The position numbers were made by a program, and so were the translations under genes. Shown piece by piece: positions 1 to 8,574 of a stretch of DNA of 64,000 nt. The notes under the pieces are model-generated. The model was given only the letters and a program-made list of their open reading frames with translations. It was not told where the DNA came from and ran no database searches. Location of the stretch: the IMG/VR virus record IMGVR_UViG_3300037419_001523, one strand, 5' to 3'. Each line of letters begins with the position of its first letter. The stretch's first letter is position 1. The stretch is from an uncultured virus (IMG/VR IMGVR_UViG_3300037419_001523). Taxonomy: Duplodnaviria; Heunggongvirae; Uroviricota; Caudoviricetes.

Positions 1-505
1 TATCATTATATTTTGTTATGGTATCCTTATTTAATCCTAGAGCCTTTGAAGTTGTTTCAATTGCTGGATATGCAATTTGTTTGATCTGTTCATCTGTCCT
101 ATTTATAAATGAATTGTAATAGAAAAATAGTCTTAATCCTATTACACCAATATTTTCTATTCTGTTTAGAATACTTGCCGGAACTTGTTTAAATGTTAAG
201 TTATCCAATGGCAGAGGCTCAAACGTTAAATTTAGCGTTCCTTTTGTTGGTAATGAGTTAATGTATTCTAATATATACCCTTGTTTATGTAATGTTAAAA
301 ATGCCTTTTTAAGCGTTCTGTTATCTGATATGTATAATTTATGTTTGAATTTGTTATGATCAATTGTCATTTCGTTATTATTATAATTTCTGAAATGTAA
401 AAAGGTTAAGTATGTATAGACTGCAAATGTATTTGAATCTATTTTAGATATTTCATTTCTTGCAATACAATCTGGAATTTGAATAAAAATTTGTTTCTTT
501 TCCAT
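1..505 (-). CDS. Tandem winged-helix DNA-binding/replication-initiator-like protein (runs off the left edge)
   Basis: Not in the ORF track because its stop lies outside the window. ATG at 505 follows an AAGGAG RBS. It reads MEKKQIFIQIPDCIARNE...FAVYTYL...GLRLFFYYNSFIN...AYPAIETTSKALGLNKDTITKY, an HTH_36-like pattern resembling the 8892-9662 protein. Confidence 0.65.
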   Translation of the reverse strand, partial: MEKKQIFIQIPDCIARNEISKIDSNTFAVYTYLTFLHFRNYNNNEMTIDHNKFKHKLYISDNRTLKKAFLTLHKQGYILEYINSLPTKGTLNLTFEPLPLDNLTFKQVPASILNRIENIGVIGLRLFFYYNSFINRTDEQIKQIAYPAIETTSKALGLNKDTITKYND

Positions 506-567
506 ATTAAATAAACATCTCCTTAAAGGTTAATAAACTAATTAAATAAACAAAATAAACAATACAA

Positions 568-750
568 CTATTTAAATATCTTATTATATTTTTCTATACT
601 GTTATTAAGTTCCTCCGTTCTCTCATATGCCCAAAATTTATTTTTTGTATGTTCATGTAACCCTGTTAGTAAGTAAGGTATTTTACAAGTGTTATGTAAA
701 TATTTATGTAGCATTGGGCTATAGCAGCAAAAAACTTTTGATTCTGACAT
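568..750 (-). CDS. Small DUF5659-like protein, paralog of 26286-26474
   Basis: AAAGGAG RBS. The pattern F.CYS..L..(Y/F)L.....Y...G..E.T...FW...RTEELNN is shared with the 26286 ORF. Confidence 0.7.
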   Translation of the reverse strand: MSESKVFCCYSPMLHKYLHNTCKIPYLLTGLHEHTKNKFWAYERTEELNNSIEKYNKIFK

Positions 751-910
751 TATGTGTCTCTCCTTTAATTAACTTATATTTTAAATAACTATTTCACTCT
801 AGGAAAAGACTTTTCTACCCTCCTTTCAAAAAGTATAAAATATCCCTCATTGTAATAATACCATCATTTTTCAATTGCGACAATACTTTTATTTAATTAT
901 TTTTTATAAA

Positions 911-940
911 TAAAAAAGAGCCAGCTTTATAACTGACTCC
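911..940 (-). terminator. Intrinsic terminator
   Basis: Minus strand GAGTCAG-ttataaa-GCTGGCTC followed by TTTTTT; a related copy lies at 2951-2980. Confidence 0.7.
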
Positions 941-955
941 TGTTATATGATTCTG

Positions 956-1534
956 TTATAGGTTGCTGTTATCGTCCTTTTTATCCTTTTCAATTTCCTT
1001 TTTAAGCTTCTTAACGTCCGCAGGTAATGTTATCTCTAATTGTTCCTTTTCCTCTTCAAATTGGCTTGCTAATTCCCCTGTATGTCTGTTAAATTCAATC
1101 AGTGACCCTGAAGGAGATAAAGCCTGATCTGTCATTTTTGTATAAGTTCCATACATTTCTTTTAATGCTGCATAGGATTCTTTATATTTTTCAGGTGGAT
1201 TCTGTAATAGTTTCATATTATTTCTTATTTTTTCCTGATCTTTTTCAATGTCACTTAATAGTCCTTTTTCCTCAATGCCATCTTTAAAGGTTGTTATTGC
1301 TACATTAAAGTCATTTCCTTTATCAATAGCATTGTTCCATACGTCCGAATAAGTTGAGACAATTACACTTGATAATACGAATTGTGCATATAAATCGAAT
1401 GATGTTTCTGCCAGTCGTTTAGAGTACTGTTTTTCCTGTTTGACTTGTTGGACGCTGTTATATTTTGTATATGAAAAGCCACCTAGACCAATGACCATAA
1501 GAACCGCAACAATTGAAATTATTAACTTTTTCAT
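956..1534 (-). CDS. N-terminally membrane-anchored helical protein of unknown function
   Basis: MKK followed by a hydrophobic stretch (LIISIVAVLMVIGLGGF); AAGGAG RBS. Confidence 0.75.
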   Translation of the reverse strand: MKKLIISIVAVLMVIGLGGFSYTKYNSVQQVKQEKQYSKRLAETSFDLYAQFVLSSVIVSTYSDVWNNAIDKGNDFNVAITTFKDGIEEKGLLSDIEKDQEKIRNNMKLLQNPPEKYKESYAALKEMYGTYTKMTDQALSPSGSLIEFNRHTGELASQFEEEKEQLEITLPADVKKLKKEIEKDKKDDNSNL

Positions 1535-1713
1535 TTTATTTATCTCTCCTTAATTAAATTTATATTTGTTTTTCTTAATGGCAAAGTGACTGGACGGTAA
1601 ATTCTTTCTAATTCAGGCTTGATTAGGCTTATTTTCATGATAAAACTCTCCTTTTAATTATTTATTTTGTTATATAGGCAGCCCATTCTGTTATAGACTG
1701 CCTGTTATATTGA

Positions 1714-1968
1714 TTAATACATTGATCCTTGCATGAATTCCTTAACTGGTTCTGTTATAGCTGTTAATAAATAGCCCTCATCATCGTAAACGTTATTTGT
1801 TATTAAATCTCTGCCGGATAAATCATATTTGATAATGAATTTTTCAATTTGTTCATTTGCTTTGAAAAAGGTTAATCCTTGGACAGTTTCAATGGAATTT
1901 GAACCATCAGAGACAAAAACATCGTAAATATTTGAATCTTTGTATTCATCAATAATAATTTTAATCAT
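1714..1968 (-). CDS. Hypothetical early protein
   Basis: 84-aa ORF with GGAGG RBS. Confidence 0.7.
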   Translation of the reverse strand: MIKIIIDEYKDSNIYDVFVSDGSNSIETVQGLTFFKANEQIEKFIIKYDLSGRDLITNNVYDDEGYLLTAITEPVKEFMQGSMY

Positions 1969-2042
1969 CTGTTATAACCTCCACATGATAATTTATTTCT
2001 GTTATAGGGAACTATAGTTCAAGTTCCCCTGTTATACTGCTG

Positions 2043-2519
2043 TTATGCCATTTCATGTAGCCATTTAGCATTATCAAAGTTAAGTAATCCACCAGCTTCT
2101 AAAATGGATTTAAGGGCTTTACGTCCACCAATTGGATTATATGGTACTTCTCCACCATCTTCTACAAATGACAGATAACCTAGTTCAGGGTGCTTTAATG
2201 CGTATCCAGTGGGCTTATAATAACCACCAATTGCTTTAAATTTTTGAGTGCCTAATTTAACTATGGAAAGTTTAGAATTGATCTGATTAACCTTTTCAGC
2301 CTCAATACATACAAGGTTATATATTTGTTTTAATACTGGCATTCCTCCATTGTCTGCAATTTCTGTTGCGATAAAGTGAAACTTATTGATAAGTTTACCG
2401 ATTTCATCATTTTGAAAATCTGCTTCATAAATGATTTTTTCTAGGTTACCTGATGAGAATTTACCGTTTTCTCTGTATTCTTGAATCATGTTTTCGATAA
2501 TGGTTTTTAGTTGTTTCAT
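2043..2519 (-). CDS. Hypothetical early protein
   Basis: 158-aa ORF with AGGAGG RBS. Confidence 0.75.
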   Translation of the reverse strand: MKQLKTIIENMIQEYRENGKFSSGNLEKIIYEADFQNDEIGKLINKFHFIATEIADNGGMPVLKQIYNLVCIEAEKVNQINSKLSIVKLGTQKFKAIGGYYKPTGYALKHPELGYLSFVEDGGEVPYNPIGGRKALKSILEAGGLLNFDNAKWLHEMA

Positions 2520-2604
2520 TTTAAATTCCTCCTATACGCTTTAAGCGTTTATTTAATTATTTCATTGGACTCCTATAAATCTGTTATAGAAGTCCTAGCA
2601 ACAA

Positions 2605-2784
2605 TTAAATGATATGCTGATCATTTTCGTACATTTCTTTTAAATCGTATCCTTGTTTAGTTAAATATTTTTCAATTTGGTTAAAAGTAACTTCTTGAAT
2701 GATATCCTCGATTTCTTCTAAATCTAAACCCATGCAATTTTGATCTTCCTTGAAAATGTCTAATACGAATTCTTGATAATTCAT
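2605..2784 (-). CDS. Small acidic hypothetical protein (MNYQEFVLD...)
   Basis: The AAGGGG RBS favours the internal ATG at 2784 over the ORF-track start at 2844, which overlaps the promoter. Confidence 0.6.
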   Translation of the reverse strand: MNYQEFVLDIFKEDQNCMGLDLEEIEDIIQEVTFNQIEKYLTKQGYDLKEMYENDQHII

Positions 2785-2832
2785 TTTAATTTTCCCCTTT
2801 CGAGTTACCGTTTTATTTGATTTCTTATACAT

Positions 2833-2861
2833 AGCATAACCCATAAAATATATAATATCAA
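2833..2861 (-). promoter_or_regulatory. sigma-A-like promoter
   Basis: TTGATA-17 nt-TATGCT; the spacer ends in TTTATGGGT. Confidence 0.55.
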
Positions 2862-2982
2862 GTTATTTTTGATTAAATTTTACAAATATTTTTAAATTAT
2901 TTTTTATGCTGCTGGATCAGTTTTCAAATAAAATCATACTTTCAATTGCAAAGAAAAAGACCAGCTTTAAATGCTGATCCTG

Positions 2983-3210
2983 TTATAGTACCCTTACTAT
3001 TTTTGGCAATGGTTTTTTGAATCCTTTATGTAAATCTAATAACCATTGTTTATTTCCGTTTAAAAAATCATTTAAATCAAGTCCAGCATATTCACCATTA
3101 AAACCATGTACAAAGACAATATTATTATACTTTTTACTTTTCCTCATTGTTTTAATTTCCATATTACATAATTCAGCCCGTTCTTTAATAGCTTTTTTAA
3201 ATTGCATCAT
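2983..3210 (-). CDS. Hypothetical early protein
   Basis: 75-aa ORF with GAGGAGG RBS; overlaps the stop of the upstream gene. Confidence 0.7.
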   Translation of the reverse strand: MMQFKKAIKERAELCNMEIKTMRKSKKYNNIVFVHGFNGEYAGLDLNDFLNGNKQWLLDLHKGFKKPLPKIVRVL

Positions 3211-3449
3211 GCTGCTACCTCCTCATAAGTTCCAATTTCATGCTTTACTTTTCCAAATGAGATATAAATTTTACCCTCTTCAAATTTCATTGTTTTTATT
3301 ACTGTAGTCATTCTCATTCCGTCTTTAATTGCTGTCATATATAGTCTTTTTCCTTTTGATTCTTTAATTTTAAGTGAATCATATACATATTGATCTTGTT
3401 TGCCGGATTGCTCAATTGTCCAAGTGTGAATGTTTAATTTAATTGCCAT
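3207..3449 (-). CDS. Hypothetical early protein (MAIKLNIHTW...)
   Basis: GGAGG RBS precedes the ATG at 3449. Confidence 0.65.
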   Translation of the reverse strand: MAIKLNIHTWTIEQSGKQDQYVYDSLKIKESKGKRLYMTAIKDGMRMTTVIKTMKFEEGKIYISFGKVKHEIGTYEEVAA

Positions 3450-3497
3450 TGTTACAACCTCCAAAGGGTTCAAATTTAGTTAACTTCTATATTTACA

Positions 3498-3526
3498 ATT
3501 ATAAGCCCATAAACAAACAAAGTCAA
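3498..3526 (-). promoter_or_regulatory. Near-consensus sigma-A promoter
   Basis: TTGACT-17 nt-TATAAT; the spacer ends in TTTATGGGCT. Confidence 0.75.
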
Positions 3527-3598
3527 ATACTTTTGTATAATTATCCTTAATAAAAAGATAATTTTATAGGTAAAGAAAAAGACCATCCTATCAGATAG

Positions 3599-3814
3599 TC
3601 AAAATTGATAAACTTTGCCCATTCGCTTTTCTTTCTTAATTCCTAATACATTTTGTTTTCCATCCCTGATAATCCTATTGTTATGATCTAGAATACATTC
3701 AGAAAAGCCTAATTCATATTCTCCGGTTAAGTTAAACTGTTTATTTGCTTCTGCTCGTGTTTCATATTCTTCTATAATACGTGTTCCATATCTCCATAGA
3801 ATAAGTTTATACAT
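3599..3814 (-). CDS. Hypothetical early protein
   Basis: 71-aa ORF with GGGGTG RBS and a terminator-like element downstream. Confidence 0.65.
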   Translation of the reverse strand: MYKLILWRYGTRIIEEYETRAEANKQFNLTGEYELGFSECILDHNNRIIRDGKQNVLGIKKEKRMGKVYQF

Positions 3815-3829
3815 TTAATATCACCCCTG

Positions 3830-4267
3830 TTAATAATCCGTATCTTCTAACATTGTTTCAGCCATGTTTTGCATATCCTGAAGAGTTAAAAAGTATTTTG
3901 ATTTATCTAAGTTGTAAATATTTATATCTGCAATATCTTTCAAGGCTCTTTTTAATGATTGAACATGATCCTTATTTAATTCCATATCATAATCATATAA
4001 TTCTTCTAATACATCTAATTTCCCCTGTAATTGCTGAATAATGTTATAGGCATCATATAGCAAGGATTCTGCATGATTATCGAATATATAGCCATCATCA
4101 TCTTCGCAACCATCTATATAGTCTTTAATCTTGCGTAAATCCCTTACTGTTATACAATTTTCACAAATAATACCATCAAACAAAGTTTTTCCTACATGTC
4201 TATATGGTTCATCTATATGTATTATGTTATTACAATCTTTACAATTTCCTCTTTTGTATTCCCACAT
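3830..4267 (-). CDS. Hypothetical protein with N-terminal CxxC...CxxC zinc finger
   Basis: CKDC...CENC motifs; abuts the upstream gene. Confidence 0.7.
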   Translation of the reverse strand: MWEYKRGNCKDCNNIIHIDEPYRHVGKTLFDGIICENCITVRDLRKIKDYIDGCEDDDGYIFDNHAESLLYDAYNIIQQLQGKLDVLEELYDYDMELNKDHVQSLKRALKDIADINIYNLDKSKYFLTLQDMQNMAETMLEDTDY

Positions 4268-4672
4268 TTAAAAATCATCCCCTAGTCCAAAAGTTTTTCT
4301 TTCTAAGTCAGTTAATTCCCTATATAAATTGTTTTTATAATCTAAATGTATTTTATTTAATTCACATTCAAGGTTAACTATTTCTCGTTTCAATCCCCGA
4401 CACATTACCGTTAAATCTTGTATTTGTGCATCTTTTAATGATATTTGTTTTTCTAATTCTCTTTTAATCTCCAGTAAATTTAAGTTTCCTTTAAATTGTT
4501 GGTCTGTGTATGTTTCATAATAATATACCGATTGATCATAACTCTTTATAGTTTTTATCATCCATTCTATTTGCTCATCATCTAGGTTTAAATAGCCCCT
4601 GTTAGATACTTTTAAACCGTTTTTAAAGTCTTCCTCTATTTCATTTAACATTTGTTTATCATGTTCATACAT
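4268..4672 (-). CDS. Hypothetical coiled-coil protein
   Basis: 134-aa ORF with AAGGAGG RBS. Confidence 0.7.
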   Translation of the reverse strand: MYEHDKQMLNEIEEDFKNGLKVSNRGYLNLDDEQIEWMIKTIKSYDQSVYYYETYTDQQFKGNLNLLEIKRELEKQISLKDAQIQDLTVMCRGLKREIVNLECELNKIHLDYKNNLYRELTDLERKTFGLGDDF

Positions 4673-4793
4673 TGCTTATAGCCTCCTTAAATCACTATTA
4701 AATTTTATATAATGGTAAGTAATATCATTACAAATATAATCAACTAATTCACCAAAAGAAACTAATCCTCTTTGATACATGTTATATAATTGT

Positions 4794-4979
4794 TTAATTT
4801 GTTTTTCTATTATTATCTCCACCTTCTTCTATAACTTTTAATCTGTTATTTTTTATTTCTAGGATTCTTCCACATTCGCAACCATTTAAACCTTCTTTTA
4901 ATTTGTACGCTAATAGTTTTCTTTCCTCTAGGCTTAACCTTTATTTTCTTGCACATTTACCGCATGTAATTTTATTCAC
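4794..4979 (-). pseudogene. Frameshifted small zinc-ribbon ORF
   Basis: GTG-start MNKITCGKCARK* continues in the -1 frame as IKVKPRGKKTISVQIKEGLNGCECGRILEIK...; the shift falls in the AGAAAAT run near 4945. Confidence 0.45.
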
Positions 4980-4986
4980 TGTTATA

Positions 4987-5208
4987 TCACTTCCTATTTC
5001 TTTTGTTATGTAATTGTTTATTGATATGTTTTACAAGCCTGTTAAATTGACTTTGACTCGAATAATTAAATAATACCTGATCATTTTCTGTTATTTTTCT
5101 GGTATCTGTTAAGGCTCCTAAAACCATTTGCCAGCCTTCAAACTTCCCTAACATACACTGCATTAATGGATTAAAAGTAAATAGGATTTTATATTGTTCA
5201 TTGTACAT
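4987..5208 (-). CDS. Hypothetical early protein
   Basis: 73-aa ORF with AGGGGTGG RBS. Confidence 0.65.
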   Translation of the reverse strand: MYNEQYKILFTFNPLMQCMLGKFEGWQMVLGALTDTRKITENDQVLFNYSSQSQFNRLVKHINKQLHNKRNRK

Positions 5209-5253
5209 ATTTCCACCCCTTTTTTATTTGATTAATTATTTAAAGGCAACCGT

Positions 5254-5652
5254 TCAGGCTGCCTCTTTGTTTAATGTTTTATAAGCGAAGTCTAATGCAA
5301 TTTTCATTCCTTTGTATTGATCCATACTGTTATAAATAAAGTCGTATTCTTGTTCTATTAGTTCTAATCCTTCAATAGTCCAAGAAAACGGAAAAGCTTT
5401 TAAACCTTGTTCTTTTTCAATTTGTCTTTGCCAGCTTTCAAGGCTTTCAAAGTGACTTTTTCCATATACACTTGTTATTCTCACACTGTTTTCTATGTTC
5501 ATTATTTCTTGTTTAGTGAAGAATAATTTCATCATATCTTTCATTGCGTTCAGTCTAGTTAGTTCCCTTTCAGATTTTTCACCAGATAGGAAGTAGTAAT
5601 TAAATTGATCCTTGTAAGTATCAATCATCATTTGTTTTTCGTTCGCTCTCAT
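5254..5652 (-). CDS. Hypothetical early protein
   Basis: AAGGAG RBS; upstream promoter TTTACT-17-TATAAT at 5691-5719. Confidence 0.7.
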   Translation of the reverse strand: MRANEKQMMIDTYKDQFNYYFLSGEKSERELTRLNAMKDMMKLFFTKQEIMNIENSVRITSVYGKSHFESLESWQRQIEKEQGLKAFPFSWTIEGLELIEQEYDFIYNSMDQYKGMKIALDFAYKTLNKEAA

Positions 5653-5859
5653 TATAAGCAACTCCTTTAATTAACTTATTTGTTAATTAAATTATAACAT
5701 CTAAACAAAAATAAGTAAATATTAAAAATGATAATTTTAAGATTTTTTTATAAATATTTTCCAGTGTGTATAAATCATATATTTATATACTTGTCAATAG
5801 TTTATTATAAATAATTTAAAAAGTTTTCCGGCTATATGTTCCCGAATAAAACGGCTGCT

Positions 5860-5994
5860 TTATAGTATCAATTCCACTTTACGTACAGAGTTTTTACCAG
5901 TCCATTCTTCAACAAGATAAATAGCATGTTCAGCGTCCCATGCTTGGATAGTTGTTGTTTTGAAGTTCTTTAGATACAATTTATAATTTTTCAT
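5860..5994 (-). CDS. 44-aa hypothetical protein (below the ORF-track cutoff)
   Basis: AGGAG RBS; MKNYKLYLKNFKTTTIQAWDAEHAIYLVEEWTGKNSVRKVELIL*. Confidence 0.55.
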   Translation of the reverse strand: MKNYKLYLKNFKTTTIQAWDAEHAIYLVEEWTGKNSVRKVELIL

Positions 5995-6089
5995 GTTTAA
6001 ATGGCTCCTATTCGTTTATTTTGGGCTTATAAGGTAAATGTATTAGGAAAGGAGTTATAAAGGATTATAACCCATTTATGTTCGTTTGC

Positions 6090-7592
6090 TTATGCTAATT
6101 TTCTTTTTCTGTAGCTTGCAAAGTCGATTATATTACCCTTTACAATATTTTCTTTTACTGGTTCGTTTACTTGTTCCATAACTTCCTTTGTAACTCTTTC
6201 AAGATTGCTATTTATTTCATTTAATAATCCTTTTACCTTTTCCACTACTTCGAAGCGTTCCGGCATTTGGACTGCACACCAGCAATATTTTTTACCATTC
6301 CAATAAAAACCTACAGACTTTAATAATTTAATAATTGTTTGTGAAGGTTTGCTGCTGAAATATAATTCAATTCCTTTTTTCTTTTCGTTAAGTTCAACTT
6401 TTAAAGTAACGGAAGGAATAGCAATTTCTTGTTCGGTAGTTTCAATTATTTTGCTTTCAACTTCTTCAATAATTTCTTTTGTTGGTTGTTCTGGTGCTTC
6501 ATTCTCGATAATTGCCGTATATCTTGCGTAATCGTATCCTTGAGGATCAATTAATAAGGAGAAGTTTTCACGCTCTATTTTCACTTCTAATGCTAGGTTA
6601 TAGGCTCCTTTAATCCATTTCGCCTGCTCTGATTCGGATAATTTGTAAAAGTCCTCTGTATCCTCTACAGGCTCATAAGATGAACTAGAACCGCCTTTAA
6701 AAGTTGTATTTAAATCTTTCATATCGAATGTAATTGAAAATTGTTCGAATGTTTCTTTGTTAACTGTGATTGATTCAGCAACAACATATTTTTCTAAAGT
6801 TGCCATACGTTTATTTTTCAATTCATCAATATTGAATACTTTAGAACTAAACCAAGCATATTTAATTTCTTTTCCTTCTGGAGTAGTTTCATTTGGTAAA
6901 GTTACTTCATTAGTTGCTTTTGTTGCTCTTTCCATTTCTTTTTCATAACGTGTAGCCATTTCCAATTCTTTACTAATATCAAACTTAGCACCAATCATGA
7001 AAGAAGTTTTATTTTTATTTCCTAATTGTTTTAACATTGTAATTGCAGTCTCATAAGCTTTTCTAATTTTGCCGTATGATTTTAACCCAGTTAGTAACAA
7101 TTCTTTTAATGCTAAACCAGTTACAACAACCGAGTTATTTAATTGAATCATTCTTTCATCAGATAAGATTCTCCGAGAATTTACTTCAATGTAATAAATA
7201 TCTGTATTGTTAATTGTAATAGGCTCATAAGCAATTGCATCATATTCGTTTAGGAGTTCAATACCTGTTAAAATTGTTTGGGATTTAACTAAACCGTATC
7301 CATAGTAACTTTCATCTTTATTAACAGTCACATTGTAAAGCCCAGTAAGATCAATATTGTTTTCGTTTAAAGTTGCTTGGAAATTATCTTTCTCTTGTTG
7401 AGCTACAATTTCTTTTTGTTTAGATTCATCAGATAGGAATGTTTTAACTGCTGAAATAATTTCCTCTTTATGAGTTCGGGAACCTTTACCTTTTACCTTG
7501 GTATCATACTTATCATAGTAAGTTACAATTGCTTGAATACCTTCTCCAGTAACTTCATAAGTGAAACTTTCTAAACGGTTAACTTTTAACAT
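6090..7592 (-). CDS. Multidomain polyvalent-type early protein
   Basis: Contains IDPQGYDYARY (DUF6329-like) and VELNEKKKGIELYFSSKPS...LK..GF.W....CW, motifs I recognise from polyvalent proteins of conjugative elements and phages. Promoter TTGTAT-17-TATAAT at 7638-7666. Confidence 0.65.
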   Translation of the reverse strand: MLKVNRLESFTYEVTGEGIQAIVTYYDKYDTKVKGKGSRTHKEEIISAVKTFLSDESKQKEIVAQQEKDNFQATLNENNIDLTGLYNVTVNKDESYYGYGLVKSQTILTGIELLNEYDAIAYEPITINNTDIYYIEVNSRRILSDERMIQLNNSVVVTGLALKELLLTGLKSYGKIRKAYETAITMLKQLGNKNKTSFMIGAKFDISKELEMATRYEKEMERATKATNEVTLPNETTPEGKEIKYAWFSSKVFNIDELKNKRMATLEKYVVAESITVNKETFEQFSITFDMKDLNTTFKGGSSSSYEPVEDTEDFYKLSESEQAKWIKGAYNLALEVKIERENFSLLIDPQGYDYARYTAIIENEAPEQPTKEIIEEVESKIIETTEQEIAIPSVTLKVELNEKKKGIELYFSSKPSQTIIKLLKSVGFYWNGKKYCWCAVQMPERFEVVEKVKGLLNEINSNLERVTKEVMEQVNEPVKENIVKGNIIDFASYRKRKLA

Positions 7593-7713
7593 TTAAAACA
7601 CTCCTTAGTGAATATGTAGTATTTATCTTATATACTTATTATAAACCATGATTGCGGATAATACAATACATTTAGTTATTTATTTTTAATTAATTTGAAA
7701 TTAGTTCGAACGT

Positions 7714-7729
7714 TATTTCATGTGAAACA
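7714..7729. promoter_or_regulatory. parS-like (Spo0J/ParB) site
   Basis: TATTTCATGTGAAACA matches the parS consensus TGTTTCACGTGAAACA at 14/16 and is intergenic. Confidence 0.5.
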
Positions 7730-8107
7730 TTGTCATGTAGTATTGAAAACTATGTATAGTAGTAATAATGATACACTGACCAAATTTGTATTTTAGTCAA
7801 TAAATAGCATGAAATATATATGGTTACAAAAAGTAAGTAACTTACTATTAATAATTAAACTGTAACATTTTTTATTACAGAATACTTCACTGCAACCAGT
7901 CATGTTATATGCGATACTTTACCGAACTAAAGTATATTAACAAAAATAATGGATTAGCTTGTACAATCAAATAATACTGATCATGCAGTCACTGGTGTAT
8001 GATTGCAGCTTTAAACGGTTAAAAGTAATTAAATGAATGAGTGTTCATCAGTTCTTATTCTAAGGAATATTATATAGGCAATTAAAGAGGGTTATTGATC
8101 CAATAAG

Positions 8108-8526
8108 GGGGGATATTTTACATCAATTTGTGTTGTGTTTTTGGATGAATTGACCATAGCACTTCCATTTCCACACTAAACCCAAAATTACAAACTAAAC
8201 TTATTTTTTAACTTTAATCTAATTTTACCTACAATTCCCCCCTCATTCCTATCGAATTCCATATCGACACACACGACACAAACCCTTGCTACATCAACAT
8301 TCTTCCCTCTCATCCTATCCCATAATCCCCACTATAATCCACCCAAATCCCCAACAAACCCTTATATACCAACACTTCTCCGATACTCACACATCCTAAC
8401 TAATCCCCATCCACACCAAATCACCCTCTAACCCTTGATAACACTACATTTCTACCCAATACCCACTTAATCAATCAACTGCCCTCGACACTATCTCTAT
8501 CGCAACATCGGGGGATAATTTTCATC
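8108..8526. repeat. G-poor, C-rich non-coding segment bounded by 17-bp direct repeats (candidate genome terminus/packaging region)
   Basis: GGGGGATATTTTACATC at 8108 and GGGGGATAATTTTCATC at 8510 are 402 bp apart; three internal AACCCTT(G/A)...ACA(T/C)T repeats lie at 8281, 8357 and 8430. Confidence 0.55.
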
Positions 8527-8574
8527 CAAAATAAAAAGTACCGATCATAATTGACCAGTACCCTAAAATTTATA

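Larger units (their letters stand above)
940..5334 (+). repeat. Dispersed, co-oriented octamer CTGTTATA (13 exact copies)
   Basis: Exact copies start at 940, 953, 1688, 1702, 1752, 1969, 1999, 2029, 2581, 2980, 4147, 4979 and 5327, plus 7/8 variants (318, 599, 966, 1667, 2040, 4843, 5088). Confidence 0.9.

Noticed and set aside
1540..1638. 32-aa minus-strand ORF with an AAAGGAG RBS
   Set aside because: It is plausible but too short and featureless to support.
7707..7720. LexA/SOS box (CGAACGTTATTTCA); a similar case lies at 17265-17279
   Set aside because: The right half-site is mismatched or the spacing is off by one.
8250..8492. Spo0A boxes (NTCGACA variants)
   Set aside because: None is an exact TTCGACA, so they are too weak to call.
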